Numbered from the stretch's first letter, positions 27,408 through 36,473 are shown. The stretch is DNA of 64,000 nt from Bryobacterales bacterium (GCA_965214915.1 CBDCCP010000002.1:1419807-1483806); one strand, 5' to 3'. Made by a program: numbers and translations. Notes: generated by a model from the letters alone, not told the origin.

Positions 27408-27498
27408 GGGAGCCTCCGCGAACAGTGTATAACCCCAATCCAATGAAGCCGAGTCGGCCGCTTCGATCTCATTGCCGAATTCTATTCGTCGTTCCAAT

Positions 27499-27975
27499 CT
27501 ACGGCACGCCGCCGCGCAGCCACCGCGCGAGCGCCTTGCCGGGATCGGCGATCTCGGTGATCGACTCGTACCACCAGTCACGCCAGCCGTCCTCCGGCAG
27601 GCCGGTAAACAGCATCAGATTGAGCGGATAGGCATCGCTGTCGGCGCAGCGGCGGAAATCGTCGCGGAACAGGAACACCGGCTTGCCCCAGGCGATGGCC
27701 ATGCCCAACTCGACCATCACGCCCTCGTCCGGGGGGCAGCCGTTGACCACTGCGAACAGCCCGTCGGCGTCGCGCACGTCGCGCCGGTCGGCCTGTCCGA
27801 TGCGGTAGGCCCAGCCGGGGCTTGCCCGGTCGAGCTGGTTGTTGCGGGCGAACGGCTCCCACACTTCGGCGCCCGCGGCTTGCAGAGCCGCCGCAAGCTC
27901 GCGCAACGGCCCCTCGCGCTGCTGCGGCGAGAAGCCGTACGGGTTGGCCAGATACAGCGTCTTCTTCGGGTTCAC
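27499..27975 (-). CDS. nucleoside 2-deoxyribosyltransferase-family protein
   Basis: 158 aa from GTG 27975 (VNPKKTLYLANPYGFS...). Family blocks: DRRDVRDADGLFAVVNG, PPDEGVMVELGMAIAWGKPVFLF. GTGA start/stop overlap with the upstream blaR1-like gene (27972-27975). Confidence 0.75.
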   Translation of the reverse strand: MNPKKTLYLANPYGFSPQQREGPLRELAAALQAAGAEVWEPFARNNQLDRASPGWAYRIGQADRRDVRDADGLFAVVNGCPPDEGVMVELGMAIAWGKPVFLFRDDFRRCADSDAYPLNLMLFTGLPEDGWRDWWYESITEIADPGKALARWLRGGVP

Positions 27976-29612
27976 GACAATTGAAACGCCACGCTGATCG
28001 TGGTGACGATCTCGACCGGCCGGCCGTTCAGCAGCACCGGATTGTAGCGCCATTGTTTCACGGCCTCCAGCGCCGCGTCGACCAGCCGCGGATCGACCAT
28101 CGAATTGACCGCCTTGAGCCCGGTCGGCCTACCCTCTTTGTCGATGACGGCTTCCAGAAGCACGGTTCCCTCCACGCCCTCGCTCTCGGCGCCCGGCGGG
28201 TAGACCGGACTGACATGGTGGACGAGTTGCGCTTTGCGCACGTTCCCCCCGACCCGCACGCGCCGCCGCGGCGCTTTCGGCTGCGCCGGTTCCTCGACCG
28301 GCTTTCTCTCGGCAATGACGACAATCTCTTCCTGGATGCCGCCGACTTGCAGCGTAATATCCAGACGCTTGTCGGCAGCGAGATCCACGACTTGGCGATG
28401 CTCCTTGAATCCGGGCTTCCTCACGCGGATCTCGTAATTCGAGGATGGGTCGAGGCCCGCGATGCGGTACGCGCCGTCCGCGCCCGATGTCGTTGCTTCC
28501 GTCGCGCCTCGGGCCGAGTCGACGACGCGCACGGCCGCCCGCGGAATGCGCGCGCCGCTCGGGTCTTGCACCGAACCGGAGAGAGATACGCCGCCCTGTT
28601 GCCCGAAGGTGACGGAAACGATCGACACGGCCGCGGCCGCGGCCGGCGCCGCCAGGGCGATCCTGCGGCGGGTCGCGCGCGCCAGAAGCCCCGATTCGAA
28701 GTCGGTTTTCTCGAGAATCCGCTCGATGCGCCAAGCAACCGAAGACCCGCGCGCCATGGCCTGCGCCTCCGCCGGCAACGCCGCCCCCTTGCTACGCCCG
28801 CGGGCAATCTCCAGCAGCGTCCGCGCGTAGCTCTCGCGGTCTTGGAACGCCGTGAGCGCGTGGTCGTCGCAGGCGGCTTCGGCCAACGTCCGCAGGCGGC
28901 GCGCCAGCAGATGCGCCGCAGGATGAAACCAGAACAAAGCGGCGTTGCACGCAGCGAGCGCCGCGACCAGGCCGTCCCCGCGGACCACGTGCGCAAGCTC
29001 GTGCAAAAGGACGGCCCTCAATTTTTCGCCGCTCCAGCGAGACCACTCGACGGGCAGCAGAATCGCCGGCCTCAAAATGCCGAACGCCGCGGGCGCCGGC
29101 GCCTGCGGGCCGGAGACCAGCCTGACCGCGGCGGCCCCGGGCAAACTCTGCATCAGGCGCACGGCGTCGGGCCGCGCAACAGGCTGCGCCCCGGCGAGCA
29201 AGCGCACGACCCGGCGCCGCGCCAACAGCGAGCGCAAAAGCAGAACCGCCGTGACGAACGCGGACAGCAGCCCGGCAAAACCCCGCCAGGCGGCCCAAGA
29301 GACGCCGCCCGGCGGAACGGAAGCGGCGATCTCCGCGCCCGCCCGCAGCGGCCCCTCGGGAACGGGAACCGTTGCTTGCCAAACTACGCCCGAAAACAGT
29401 TCCGGCGCCAAGCTCGGAATGCCCAGCGCCGGCAAAAAAAGCATCCCCAGCAAGACCGCCGTCCACACGCCGTGCTCCGCCGCCGGCCGCCGCGGGCGGA
29501 CGAAGCGCAGCGCCAACCATACGCCGAGAACCAATACGGCCGCTCGCGCCGAAGACGCAAAAAGCAAATCGAAGACCGCTTCCCCAAAACCGAGCGCGCT
29601 GCTCTCCATCAT
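27972..29612 (-). CDS. BlaR1/MecR1-type M56 peptidase sensor fused to CarboxypepD_reg-like and TonB C-terminal domains
   Basis: 546 aa from ATG 29612 with N-terminal TM helices. M56 zinc motif LLHELAHVVRGD; SGSVQDPSGARIPRAAVRVVD is carboxypeptidase-regulatory-like. The C-terminus VSPVYPPGAESEGVEGTVLLEAVIDKEGRPTGLKAV...WRYNPVLLNGRPVE is TonB_C-like. ATGA overlap with blaI-like gene. Confidence 0.85.
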   Translation of the reverse strand: MMESSALGFGEAVFDLLFASSARAAVLVLGVWLALRFVRPRRPAAEHGVWTAVLLGMLFLPALGIPSLAPELFSGVVWQATVPVPEGPLRAGAEIAASVPPGGVSWAAWRGFAGLLSAFVTAVLLLRSLLARRRVVRLLAGAQPVARPDAVRLMQSLPGAAAVRLVSGPQAPAPAAFGILRPAILLPVEWSRWSGEKLRAVLLHELAHVVRGDGLVAALAACNAALFWFHPAAHLLARRLRTLAEAACDDHALTAFQDRESYARTLLEIARGRSKGAALPAEAQAMARGSSVAWRIERILEKTDFESGLLARATRRRIALAAPAAAAAVSIVSVTFGQQGGVSLSGSVQDPSGARIPRAAVRVVDSARGATEATTSGADGAYRIAGLDPSSNYEIRVRKPGFKEHRQVVDLAADKRLDITLQVGGIQEEIVVIAERKPVEEPAQPKAPRRRVRVGGNVRKAQLVHHVSPVYPPGAESEGVEGTVLLEAVIDKEGRPTGLKAVNSMVDPRLVDAALEAVKQWRYNPVLLNGRPVEIVTTISVAFQLS

Positions 29613-30007
29613 GACTTTCCCCCTTCCGTCTTGCGGGACGCCGCAATGCGCCCCGCCAACCTTTCCAGTTCCTCTCCGGAAACAACGCCGCCATCGACCA
29701 TGCCGATGAGCAGTTGTTCCATCGAGCCATTGCAGAATCTGTCCACGATTCTGCCGACCGCCCGCGCCGCGGCGCTCCGCCCCGGATCGACCGGGCGATA
29801 GCGGTAAACGCGGCCCTCTACGCCGTGCGTCAGATAGCCCTTGTCTTCCAGACGCCGCAGAACGGTGCGCGCGGTGGAGTCTTTCATCGGGTGGCGTTCG
29901 GCGAAAGACGCGCGCACATCCTCTGCGGTAGCCGAGCCTGCGGACCATAAGAAGCTCATCACAAGCTCCTCCAGTCCGCTGAGATCGTTCCAGGCGTTAC
30001 GTTTCAT
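29609..30007 (-). CDS. BlaI/MecI/CopY-family transcriptional repressor
   Basis: 132 aa; winged-helix block ELVMSFLWSAGSATAEDVRASF...STARTVLRRLEDKGYLTH...GRVYRYRPV typical of the Penicillinase_R family. Heads the operon. Confidence 0.9.
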   Translation of the reverse strand: MKRNAWNDLSGLEELVMSFLWSAGSATAEDVRASFAERHPMKDSTARTVLRRLEDKGYLTHGVEGRVYRYRPVDPGRSAAARAVGRIVDRFCNGSMEQLLIGMVDGGVVSGEELERLAGRIAASRKTEGGKS

Positions 30008-30010
30008 AAC

Positions 30011-30025
30011 GTTACAAAATATAAC
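30011..30025 (-). promoter_or_regulatory. candidate operator/promoter element directly upstream of blaI-like start
   Basis: GTTA-N7-TAAC dyad (GTTACAAAATATAAC) 3 nt from the ATG. On the coding strand it contains TATATT at -16 to -11 relative to the ATG, and there is no Shine-Dalgarno. This suggests a leaderless or very short-leader transcript. Weak evidence. Confidence 0.2.
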
Positions 30026-30052
30026 ATCCGTGCCGCGCGCCTGTCCAGAGCC

Positions 30053-30111
30053 TTTTCGAAAAAAAATGCGCCGCTATGTGAGAAATCGAACGAAACCGCC
30101 GCGGCCGCGCC
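30053..30111 (+). repeat. ~58-bp direct repeat, copy 1
   Basis: TTTTCGAAAAAAAATGCGCCGCTATGTGAGAAATCGAACGAAACCGCCGC... The 38-nt core differs by 1 nt from 31615-31672. Contains the palindrome TTTTCGAAAA. Confidence 0.85.
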
Positions 30112-30281
30112 CGACCGGGCGCGCCTTGATTGAACCCGCCCCGCCGCTAAAACTATGACCCGGTAGGAGGGCGATGGCCCTCTGACGCCGGCTCGCTGCG
30201 TCTCACATCTATCTGAACCGGCACGGGGCTGGTCGAAGGCGGCAGAGAGGGCGTGGCCGGGGCGGTGGCGCCGCGCGAGAG

Positions 30282-31460
30282 TTACGGTTTTGACGCCGCC
30301 CGGGTCTCGACTTCGGTTCGATTGTCGGCCCACCAGCCACGCCAGAACTCAGCCAGCACTTCGGCCGGCATCTCTTCGTTGTGTCCGTTGTGGGCTTTGG
30401 TCCGCTCGTTTCTGTGTGGGCGGGCGCGTTCTTTCGTACCGCCGGCTGAAACCGTGCCATCTTCCCGCGCGAGTAGAGCGTATCCGTAGAATCTGCTCGC
30501 CGCATGCCGCACGGCTTCTTCCTCCGGGCTATCGAGCAGCAGCGCCGCTAGAGGGAGCCTGCTCCTGTCGGGAGGGAGCTTGCCAACAGCCTTACTGAGC
30601 GCTATATCGAGTCTGGGAATCCGCGCCCTTCGATTGGCGCCAATCAGGTTCTCAATACGCATCGGCCCCTGAGGGCCGTTTGGGTTGTAATGATACTCCA
30701 GCGCGTGGCAGATGTCCCCCATCACCTTTTCGTTGAGACGTAGAAACTCCAGATTCCTCTCCAATTGGGCCATTGCCGGGTCGTGGGACATTCTGATCCC
30801 TATGACGGTCCCGATGTTGCGCTCGTGAGCGGAGGTGGATTCCATCAGCCGATCCACGATTCTCAAAGCCTCGTCACGCGCTCCGTACAAGTGGGCGTAT
30901 TGCAAAGACTGGGTCATCCAATTTGCTCCCAGGGGCCTGCGTTTGTTCTCGAACGCCGGACCGGCGTAATAATTCGACCGGTAAAACTCCACTGCGGCTT
31001 CGAGAAGCAGGCGCTCAGCGCTGACGCCCGCCGGAGGCGTCCATGATTTGGGAACCGGGGAGCCGGACCTTTTGTGGTAGAGCGTGAGGGCTTCTTCCCC
31101 CGCGCGAGGGATGGCGCTGTACTCTCCGCTCTCAAGTCGCTTCAAAAACCAGAAAGCATACGTTTTCGGCTTGGGAGGAAGCGAGGGCGGCACTCCGGCG
31201 ATGACTCCTCCTTTCCATTCCAGAAAGACCATCTCTACCAAGGCGCCTGGAGGAACATCGCCCTTCAGCACGATCTCGCCGCGGACTCCGAGTTTGACGG
31301 TGCCGGCCTTGGTCGTCTCGAGCGGAACCGTTTCTCCAAGCAGAACAAGATCCGCTTCCTCGGCCAACTCCAAGATCCCGGCTGCTTCGATCTGAGAGCG
31401 CGCCGTCAACAATAGGACCGCCGCCACGAGAAAAGACTTCGAGAGTGACGTAAGTTTCAT
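30282..31460 (-). CDS. secreted hypothetical protein (lower-GC gene)
   Basis: 392 aa; AGGAAG RBS; signal MKLTSLSKSFLVAAVLLLTARSQIEAA. No family recognised. Composition is visibly less GC-rich than its neighbours. Confidence 0.65.
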   Translation of the reverse strand: MKLTSLSKSFLVAAVLLLTARSQIEAAGILELAEEADLVLLGETVPLETTKAGTVKLGVRGEIVLKGDVPPGALVEMVFLEWKGGVIAGVPPSLPPKPKTYAFWFLKRLESGEYSAIPRAGEEALTLYHKRSGSPVPKSWTPPAGVSAERLLLEAAVEFYRSNYYAGPAFENKRRPLGANWMTQSLQYAHLYGARDEALRIVDRLMESTSAHERNIGTVIGIRMSHDPAMAQLERNLEFLRLNEKVMGDICHALEYHYNPNGPQGPMRIENLIGANRRARIPRLDIALSKAVGKLPPDRSRLPLAALLLDSPEEEAVRHAASRFYGYALLAREDGTVSAGGTKERARPHRNERTKAHNGHNEEMPAEVLAEFWRGWWADNRTEVETRAASKP

Positions 31461-31614
31461 GCTTTGCTTCCTGTAATGGTTGTAGACACTGTTGACCGGC
31501 GATTAGTTCTCAGTGCTGCTGCCGTGATCCTTGTAGAATTCGATAGTTCCGTCGAAAACCTCGATTCCGTCGCCGTGCGGCGTTCGGTCTCCGATGAACC
31601 AACTCTGGTCAGCG

Positions 31615-31672
31615 TTTTTCGAAAAAATGCGCCGCTGTGTGAGAAATCGAACGAAACCGCCGCCGCTGCGCC
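31615..31672 (+). repeat. ~58-bp direct repeat, copy 2
   Basis: TTTTTCGAAAAAATGCGCCGCTGTGTGAGAAATCGAACGAAACCGCCGC... See copy 1. Lies between the PQQ-dehydrogenase stop and the start of the 30282..31460 gene. Confidence 0.85.
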
Positions 31673-31673
31673 C

Positions 31674-33545
31674 TCAACCGAGGGTAAAGGCGACGAATTT
31701 ATCGCCCGCAGCCGTGCGGCCCTTCCCCGCCCCGCCCGCGGCGATGGCCACGTACTGCCGGCCGTCCACCGCGTAGGCGCAGGGGGTCGCGTATCCGCCC
31801 GCTTCGAGCTGATGTTCCCAGAGCGTCTCGCCGCTGTCCGCGTCGAACGCGCGGAACTTCTCGTCGCGGGTGGCGCCGATGAACACCAGGCCGCCGCGGG
31901 TGACGATCGAGCCGCCTACCGTAAACGTGCCGGTCTGCGGGACGCCTTTGGCGGTCAGCGCGGCATGCTCGCCCAGCGTCTTCCGCCAGCGGTACTCGGC
32001 GGTCGCCATATCCAGGCACAGCAACTCGCCCCAGGGCGGCTTCGACGCAGGGTAACCGTCCTGATCGTTGAAGTAGGGGTAACCCGCTATGCGGTAGGGA
32101 TAGGACTCGCCTTCCGGCGCGTCCACCAGCGTGAAGAATTTGGGAGTATTGTTGGCATTGATGTAGAGGCGTCCGTTTTCCGGGTCGAAGCTGCATCCGC
32201 CCCACAGGGCGCCGCCCAGGGTTCCCGGAGAGTAAACCGTTCCGCGCTTGCTCGGCGGCGTGTAGAATCCGTCGTTGCGCAGGTCTTTGAGCCGGCGCAG
32301 CACGTACTCGCGGGACTCCTCGGAGATGTTCGTGATGTCGTCCGGGCCGAATCCCTGGGGCGCGATCGGTGGCGGCGCCGTCGGAAAAGGCTGCGTAGGC
32401 CAGATCCGCTCGCCTTCGACGTCGGATTCGGGAACCGGCCGTTCCTCGATGTCGAACACGGGTTCGCCCGTGGCCCGGTCGAAGAGGAAAATAAAGCCTG
32501 TTTTCGTCGGCTGCGCGACCGCGTCGATCCAGCGGCCGTTCTTTTTGGCGCACACCAGCGCGGGCTGCGCGGGCAAGTCGTAGTCCCACAAATCGTGGTG
32601 GGTGGTCTGGAAATGCCAAGCTCTCTTGCCGGTGCGCGCATCGAGCGCCAGAACGCTGTTGCCGAAAAGATTCTTCCCCGGGCGGTCGCCGCCGTAGAAA
32701 TCGAACGTGGGCGAGCCCAGCGAGGCAAAGACCATGCCCCGCTGCGGATCGACGCTCAGCCCGGCCCAGTTGTTGCAGCCGCCGGCGGTTTTCCAGTTGT
32801 CCTTGCCCCAGGTGTCGTAGCCGAATTCCCCCGGATGCGGGACAGTGTGGAATATCCAGCGGCGCTTGCCCGTGCGCAGGTCGAAAGCGCGGATGTGCCC
32901 CGGAGCGGCCGGGTCGGGGCCTTCGCTCGCGCCGCCGCCGAGGAGCAGCAAGTCTTCGAAAATCGCCGGCGGGGTGGCGTGGAAGTAGCGGGCGTCGCCG
33001 ATGTCGCGGTCGAGGCCCAGCCGCATGTTCAGCACGCCGCCGTCGGCGAATTCGCTCACGAGGCGCCCGCTGTCGGCGTCGAGGCAGTACATGTCGGCGC
33101 CCGCGGCCGTGAATATCCGCCGCTTTTCGCCGTCTTGCCAGTAGGTCACGCCGCGGTTGACGCCTTTCGGCCGGCGCATGACCACTCCCTCGAAGGGGTC
33201 GAAATTCCAGAGCATCTTGCCCGTCGCGGCGTCCAACGCCCGAATCTGAAGCTGCGCCGTGGTGATGTACATCCGCCCGTCGACGACGATGGGCGTGCAT
33301 TCGATGGTCGTCGCCGGGCGCTGCATGGCGTCGCCGGTGGCGTGCGTCCAGGCGACCTGCAGGTCGCGGACATTCGAACGGTCGATCTGCTCGAGGGGGG
33401 AATAGCGGGTCGCTCCGGGCGTGCCGCCGTAGTAGCGCCAGTCGCCGGCGGCCCCGCGAGGGGCTTCGGCCGCCGAAGCGTACGCGGCGGCCGAGGATAG
33501 AGCGGTTTTCTTGAAGAATGCGCGGCGGGTGTAACGGTCGGACAT
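31674..33545 (-). CDS. PQQ-dependent dehydrogenase (soluble quinoprotein, Tat signal)
   Basis: 623 aa; MSDRYTRRAFFKKTALSSAAAYASAAEA twin-arginine signal; WRYYGGTPGATRYSPLEQI and repeated W-containing propeller motifs typical of the PQQ glucose/alcohol dehydrogenase family. Confidence 0.9.
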   Translation of the reverse strand: MSDRYTRRAFFKKTALSSAAAYASAAEAPRGAAGDWRYYGGTPGATRYSPLEQIDRSNVRDLQVAWTHATGDAMQRPATTIECTPIVVDGRMYITTAQLQIRALDAATGKMLWNFDPFEGVVMRRPKGVNRGVTYWQDGEKRRIFTAAGADMYCLDADSGRLVSEFADGGVLNMRLGLDRDIGDARYFHATPPAIFEDLLLLGGGASEGPDPAAPGHIRAFDLRTGKRRWIFHTVPHPGEFGYDTWGKDNWKTAGGCNNWAGLSVDPQRGMVFASLGSPTFDFYGGDRPGKNLFGNSVLALDARTGKRAWHFQTTHHDLWDYDLPAQPALVCAKKNGRWIDAVAQPTKTGFIFLFDRATGEPVFDIEERPVPESDVEGERIWPTQPFPTAPPPIAPQGFGPDDITNISEESREYVLRRLKDLRNDGFYTPPSKRGTVYSPGTLGGALWGGCSFDPENGRLYINANNTPKFFTLVDAPEGESYPYRIAGYPYFNDQDGYPASKPPWGELLCLDMATAEYRWRKTLGEHAALTAKGVPQTGTFTVGGSIVTRGGLVFIGATRDEKFRAFDADSGETLWEHQLEAGGYATPCAYAVDGRQYVAIAAGGAGKGRTAAGDKFVAFTLG

Positions 33546-33604
33546 GGCAGGCTCGTGCCAGTATTGTATAGGAGGCTTGGTGGAAAATCAGGCAAGATAC
33601 AGGG

Positions 33605-34120
33605 ATGCCGTTCCAGATGCCGAAGAGATGGAAACCGCGCCTGCTCCCGGCGCTCTTGCTCGCCTTTCTGACCGCCGCGCCGGGCTTGGCCATACCCCGG
33701 ATCAAGACCGACTGGTCGGCGGTACAGGCAGTCGAACCCGGAAAACGCATCACGGTGCTGCTTTACAAGGACGCAGCCCCGGCGGGAAGCAGAAAGATCA
33801 AGGGCCTCTTCAGTTCGGCTACGGCCGAGACCGTCACGCTGCTGCCGGCAAACGGGCGATCGCGCACTCTGGAAAGGAGAGACGTGCGCAAGGCGCTGGT
33901 CCGCCGCCCGTTAAAAAAACGAATCCCGGGATGGATCGGTCTGGGGATCGCCCTCTTCTCAACGGAGTATTTCTTGGCCAACCTCGACGCCGGCGACGAT
34001 ACCCCGGAGGCCAGGGCCGCGGCTCACGCGTTGTTCACGCTGCCGGCCGCGGCCGCTTTTTTCTACGGCTCGCGGATGGTCGGGATTTACAACGTGCCGC
34101 GCAAGCACAGAAGCCCGTAG
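33605..34120 (+). CDS. small membrane-anchored protein, third (GC-rich) member of the IR-borne family
   Basis: 171 aa with the same layout as 21731..22369. Signal peptide, then W.AVQAVEPGKRITVLLYKD...KGLFSSATAETVTLLPANGRSRTLERRDVRKALVRRPLKKRIPGWIGLG, then a hydrophobic C-terminus. Confidence 0.6.
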   Translation: MPFQMPKRWKPRLLPALLLAFLTAAPGLAIPRIKTDWSAVQAVEPGKRITVLLYKDAAPAGSRKIKGLFSSATAETVTLLPANGRSRTLERRDVRKALVRRPLKKRIPGWIGLGIALFSTEYFLANLDAGDDTPEARAAAHALFTLPAAAAFFYGSRMVGIYNVPRKHRSP

Positions 34121-34141
34121 CGAGACAGGAGTCAGCGGCGG

Positions 34142-35398
34142 CTAGCGGATCTCCTTGACCCGCACGTTGCGGTATTCGATCCACTCGGTGGGCTCGTGGA
34201 TCTGAAAACCGATGCGCCCGGAGGCGCTGCGCGCAGCGCGAATATCCGCCGTCTTGCGCCGGTTGATGTAGACGACGATGCGCTCTCCCTGAGCGTAGAT
34301 GCGCCCTTGGTTCCAGCGGCCGGGCCGGTGAATCGGCTTGCGCCACAGATCGGAAACATAGGCGCGGGAACGATTGTAGAGCGAACCGGTGGGATTCAGC
34401 GCGTCCCGCTCGGAGATCTGGCACTCGAAGCCGGCGTATGCCGGGCGTTGCTCAACGCCGTCCTCGATTTGCCAGGGGAAGCGGAACCCGACGCCGCCGT
34501 TTCCGCCCCGGCTCGCGCGGTATTCGAAGGCGAGCACGAAATCGGCATAGCGGGACTTGGTAAATATCCAGCCGATCCCGGCCGGCTTCTCCCCGCGCAA
34601 CACGCCGTTACGCAGAGACCACCGCGCGCCGCCGTCCCAATAGGTATCGAACAGTTGGCGGACGCCGCCGCCCGCCAACAGGTCGATAAACTCTCCCGGG
34701 GCCTGTTCCAAGCGCTCTTCGAGCAGTTGGAAGTCCGGCGCGGCCGCGGGCAACTCGAGAATCTCGATATCCTTCCAGCGCAACTCGGCCGGGTCGTCCC
34801 CACCGTGCAACTGCAATCCCACCGCGCCGCGCCGCGACCGCCTGACCGCTGTCTCGGCCATCGCCTTGCCGTTGGCGAAGCTGACGATGCGGTTCCCGAT
34901 GCAGTGCGCTTCGAACAGGGCCCACTCGGACGGTTTCAGTTCTAGCGGATAAGCGCGCGAGAGATCGTAGATCGCGCCGGTGGTATTGCGGTCGCCTTCC
35001 CCTGTTCCCTGTTGAATTTGAATTTCATAGCCGTTGAACGCCGGTCGAAAGCGCTTGGCGTGTCCGGGGTCGCGCAGCAGAATGCCGCTGTTGAAGCGGT
35101 CGAGCTTCGACCGGAACTTCAGCCGCAGCTTGAAATCGCTGAAATCCTCGCGGGACACCAACCAGCCGGCTTTACGCTCGCCCGGCCTTCTGCGCGCGAC
35201 CAGTTCGCCATCCTCGACCTGCCAATCGCCTCCGCCGACAACTTCCCAACCGTCAAGATCGCTGCCGTTGAACAAGGGGCGCCAGCTTTCGCCTTGAGCG
35301 CAGGCAACGCCGAGCGCCAGAACCGTCAAGCCGCCGGCGCGGCCGGCGGCGAGCAGCAAGCGGAAGATGGAGCGCCAAGGCCAGCAGGAACCGGCCAT
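34142..35398 (-). CDS. tandem DUF1080 (3-keto-disaccharide hydrolase-like) domain protein
   Basis: Start at ATG 35398, 16 nt after the upstream stop, with signal peptide. Two DUF1080 repeats (LFNGSDLDGWEVVGGGDWQVEDGELV ... LQLHGG; WSLRNGVLRG ... IGFQIHEPTEWIEYRNVRVKEI). Confidence 0.85.
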   Translation of the reverse strand: MAGSCWPWRSIFRLLLAAGRAGGLTVLALGVACAQGESWRPLFNGSDLDGWEVVGGGDWQVEDGELVARRRPGERKAGWLVSREDFSDFKLRLKFRSKLDRFNSGILLRDPGHAKRFRPAFNGYEIQIQQGTGEGDRNTTGAIYDLSRAYPLELKPSEWALFEAHCIGNRIVSFANGKAMAETAVRRSRRGAVGLQLHGGDDPAELRWKDIEILELPAAAPDFQLLEERLEQAPGEFIDLLAGGGVRQLFDTYWDGGARWSLRNGVLRGEKPAGIGWIFTKSRYADFVLAFEYRASRGGNGGVGFRFPWQIEDGVEQRPAYAGFECQISERDALNPTGSLYNRSRAYVSDLWRKPIHRPGRWNQGRIYAQGERIVVYINRRKTADIRAARSASGRIGFQIHEPTEWIEYRNVRVKEIR

Positions 35399-35414
35399 GC
35401 GTCCCACGGGCCGC

Positions 35415-36473
35415 TCAGCGGCGGCCGCCGCGGGCGCGGACCCCGGCGCGGGCCGGCGCTGCGGGGACGGGAGCGCTCGCGGCTTGCTCCACATCCGGGG
35501 CGGCCGGCACGAACAGCATACGGGTTTCGTTCGTGACCTCGACCAGGTGAATCGGCGCCTGGAGGGACTCGGTCAGCCGAAACGCCGCGCCGCCCGCCAG
35601 GGGGCTGAGCGTCGTGGGCTTGCAGGCGCAGTCGACCAACTCCGGCGATCCGCCGTTCAGCGGAACCCTGGCCACGCCGGAGGGAACGACCGCGATCGCC
35701 GTCGCGCCGTCGGCCGCAACCGCGGCGAACGACGGCTCGGTTACGCCGTCGTCGGCGGAGGCGATGACCGAAATCTGCCCGATCGTCGTGACGCCGCGGA
35801 TCAGCAAGACCTCGCTCGCATCGTAGTCGGCGGCCACGGCATCGTCCGCTCGGGGGGCGAAAGACAGGCCGAGAACGCGGCGGACCGGCCCGATGCGAAC
35901 CGGTTCGCGGCCGGCAACGAGCGCGTAGAGCGCGCCGCCGGAGCGTTCCGCGGCGGCGGCCAGAACCGCCCCGTTGTCGCTGACGGCCAAGGCGGTGAGC
36001 ACCCCCGGAAGGGCGCCGGCGGCGAATTCCCCGGCGGCGTTCGCGGCCGCGGGCAGACCGTCCAGAACCTGAACGCGCCCGGTATCGCGGTCGTAAACCG
36101 CGGCCGCCGCGCCCGAGGGGCTGATGAAGATGCGGTCCGCGCCGGCAATAGCCGCCTGCACGACCGTCGAGGTCGGCGCGGGCGCGGTAAGATCGACGAG
36201 GCGCAGCCGCCCCTCGGCGTCGACCGCCAGCGCGAAGTCCTGATTCGGAGAAACGGCGACGACCGCGGGGCTGAAGTCGAGAACGACGGCCGCCGCGACG
36301 TGCGCGGCGCCGGGAATGCCGTTAATGGGGCGCAGCAAGCGGCTGTTTTCTTCGAAGATATAGCCCATTACGGGGCCGCGCAACCCTTGGCCCGAGGCCG
36401 AGCGGGCAACCTTCGGAGCCGCCGGCAAAAGCAGCAGAGAGGCCGTGAGCAGCGTCGTCGATAGCGATTTCAT
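35415..36473 (-). CDS. secreted hypothetical protein (Ala/Gly-rich, beta-propeller-like)
   Basis: 352 aa; signal MKSLSTTLLTASLLLLPAAP; repeated short strand motifs. No family recognised. Confidence 0.55.
   Translation of the reverse strand: MKSLSTTLLTASLLLLPAAPKVARSASGQGLRGPVMGYIFEENSRLLRPINGIPGAAHVAAAVVLDFSPAVVAVSPNQDFALAVDAEGRLRLVDLTAPAPTSTVVQAAIAGADRIFISPSGAAAAVYDRDTGRVQVLDGLPAAANAAGEFAAGALPGVLTALAVSDNGAVLAAAAERSGGALYALVAGREPVRIGPVRRVLGLSFAPRADDAVAADYDASEVLLIRGVTTIGQISVIASADDGVTEPSFAAVAADGATAIAVVPSGVARVPLNGGSPELVDCACKPTTLSPLAGGAAFRLTESLQAPIHLVEVTNETRMLFVPAAPDVEQAASAPVPAAPARAGVRARGGRR

Noticed and set aside
24489-27446. 985-aa plus-strand ORF (and 24655..26601 minus, out of frame) over the DUF3604-like gene
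   Set aside because: High-GC shadow ORFs. Only the 24747..27407 minus frame shows a signal peptide and conserved metal-binding blocks.
31464-33500. 678-aa ORF antisense to the PQQ dehydrogenase gene (also 31699..33753)
   Set aside because: Shadow ORFs. The 31674..33545 frame carries the Tat signal and propeller motifs.
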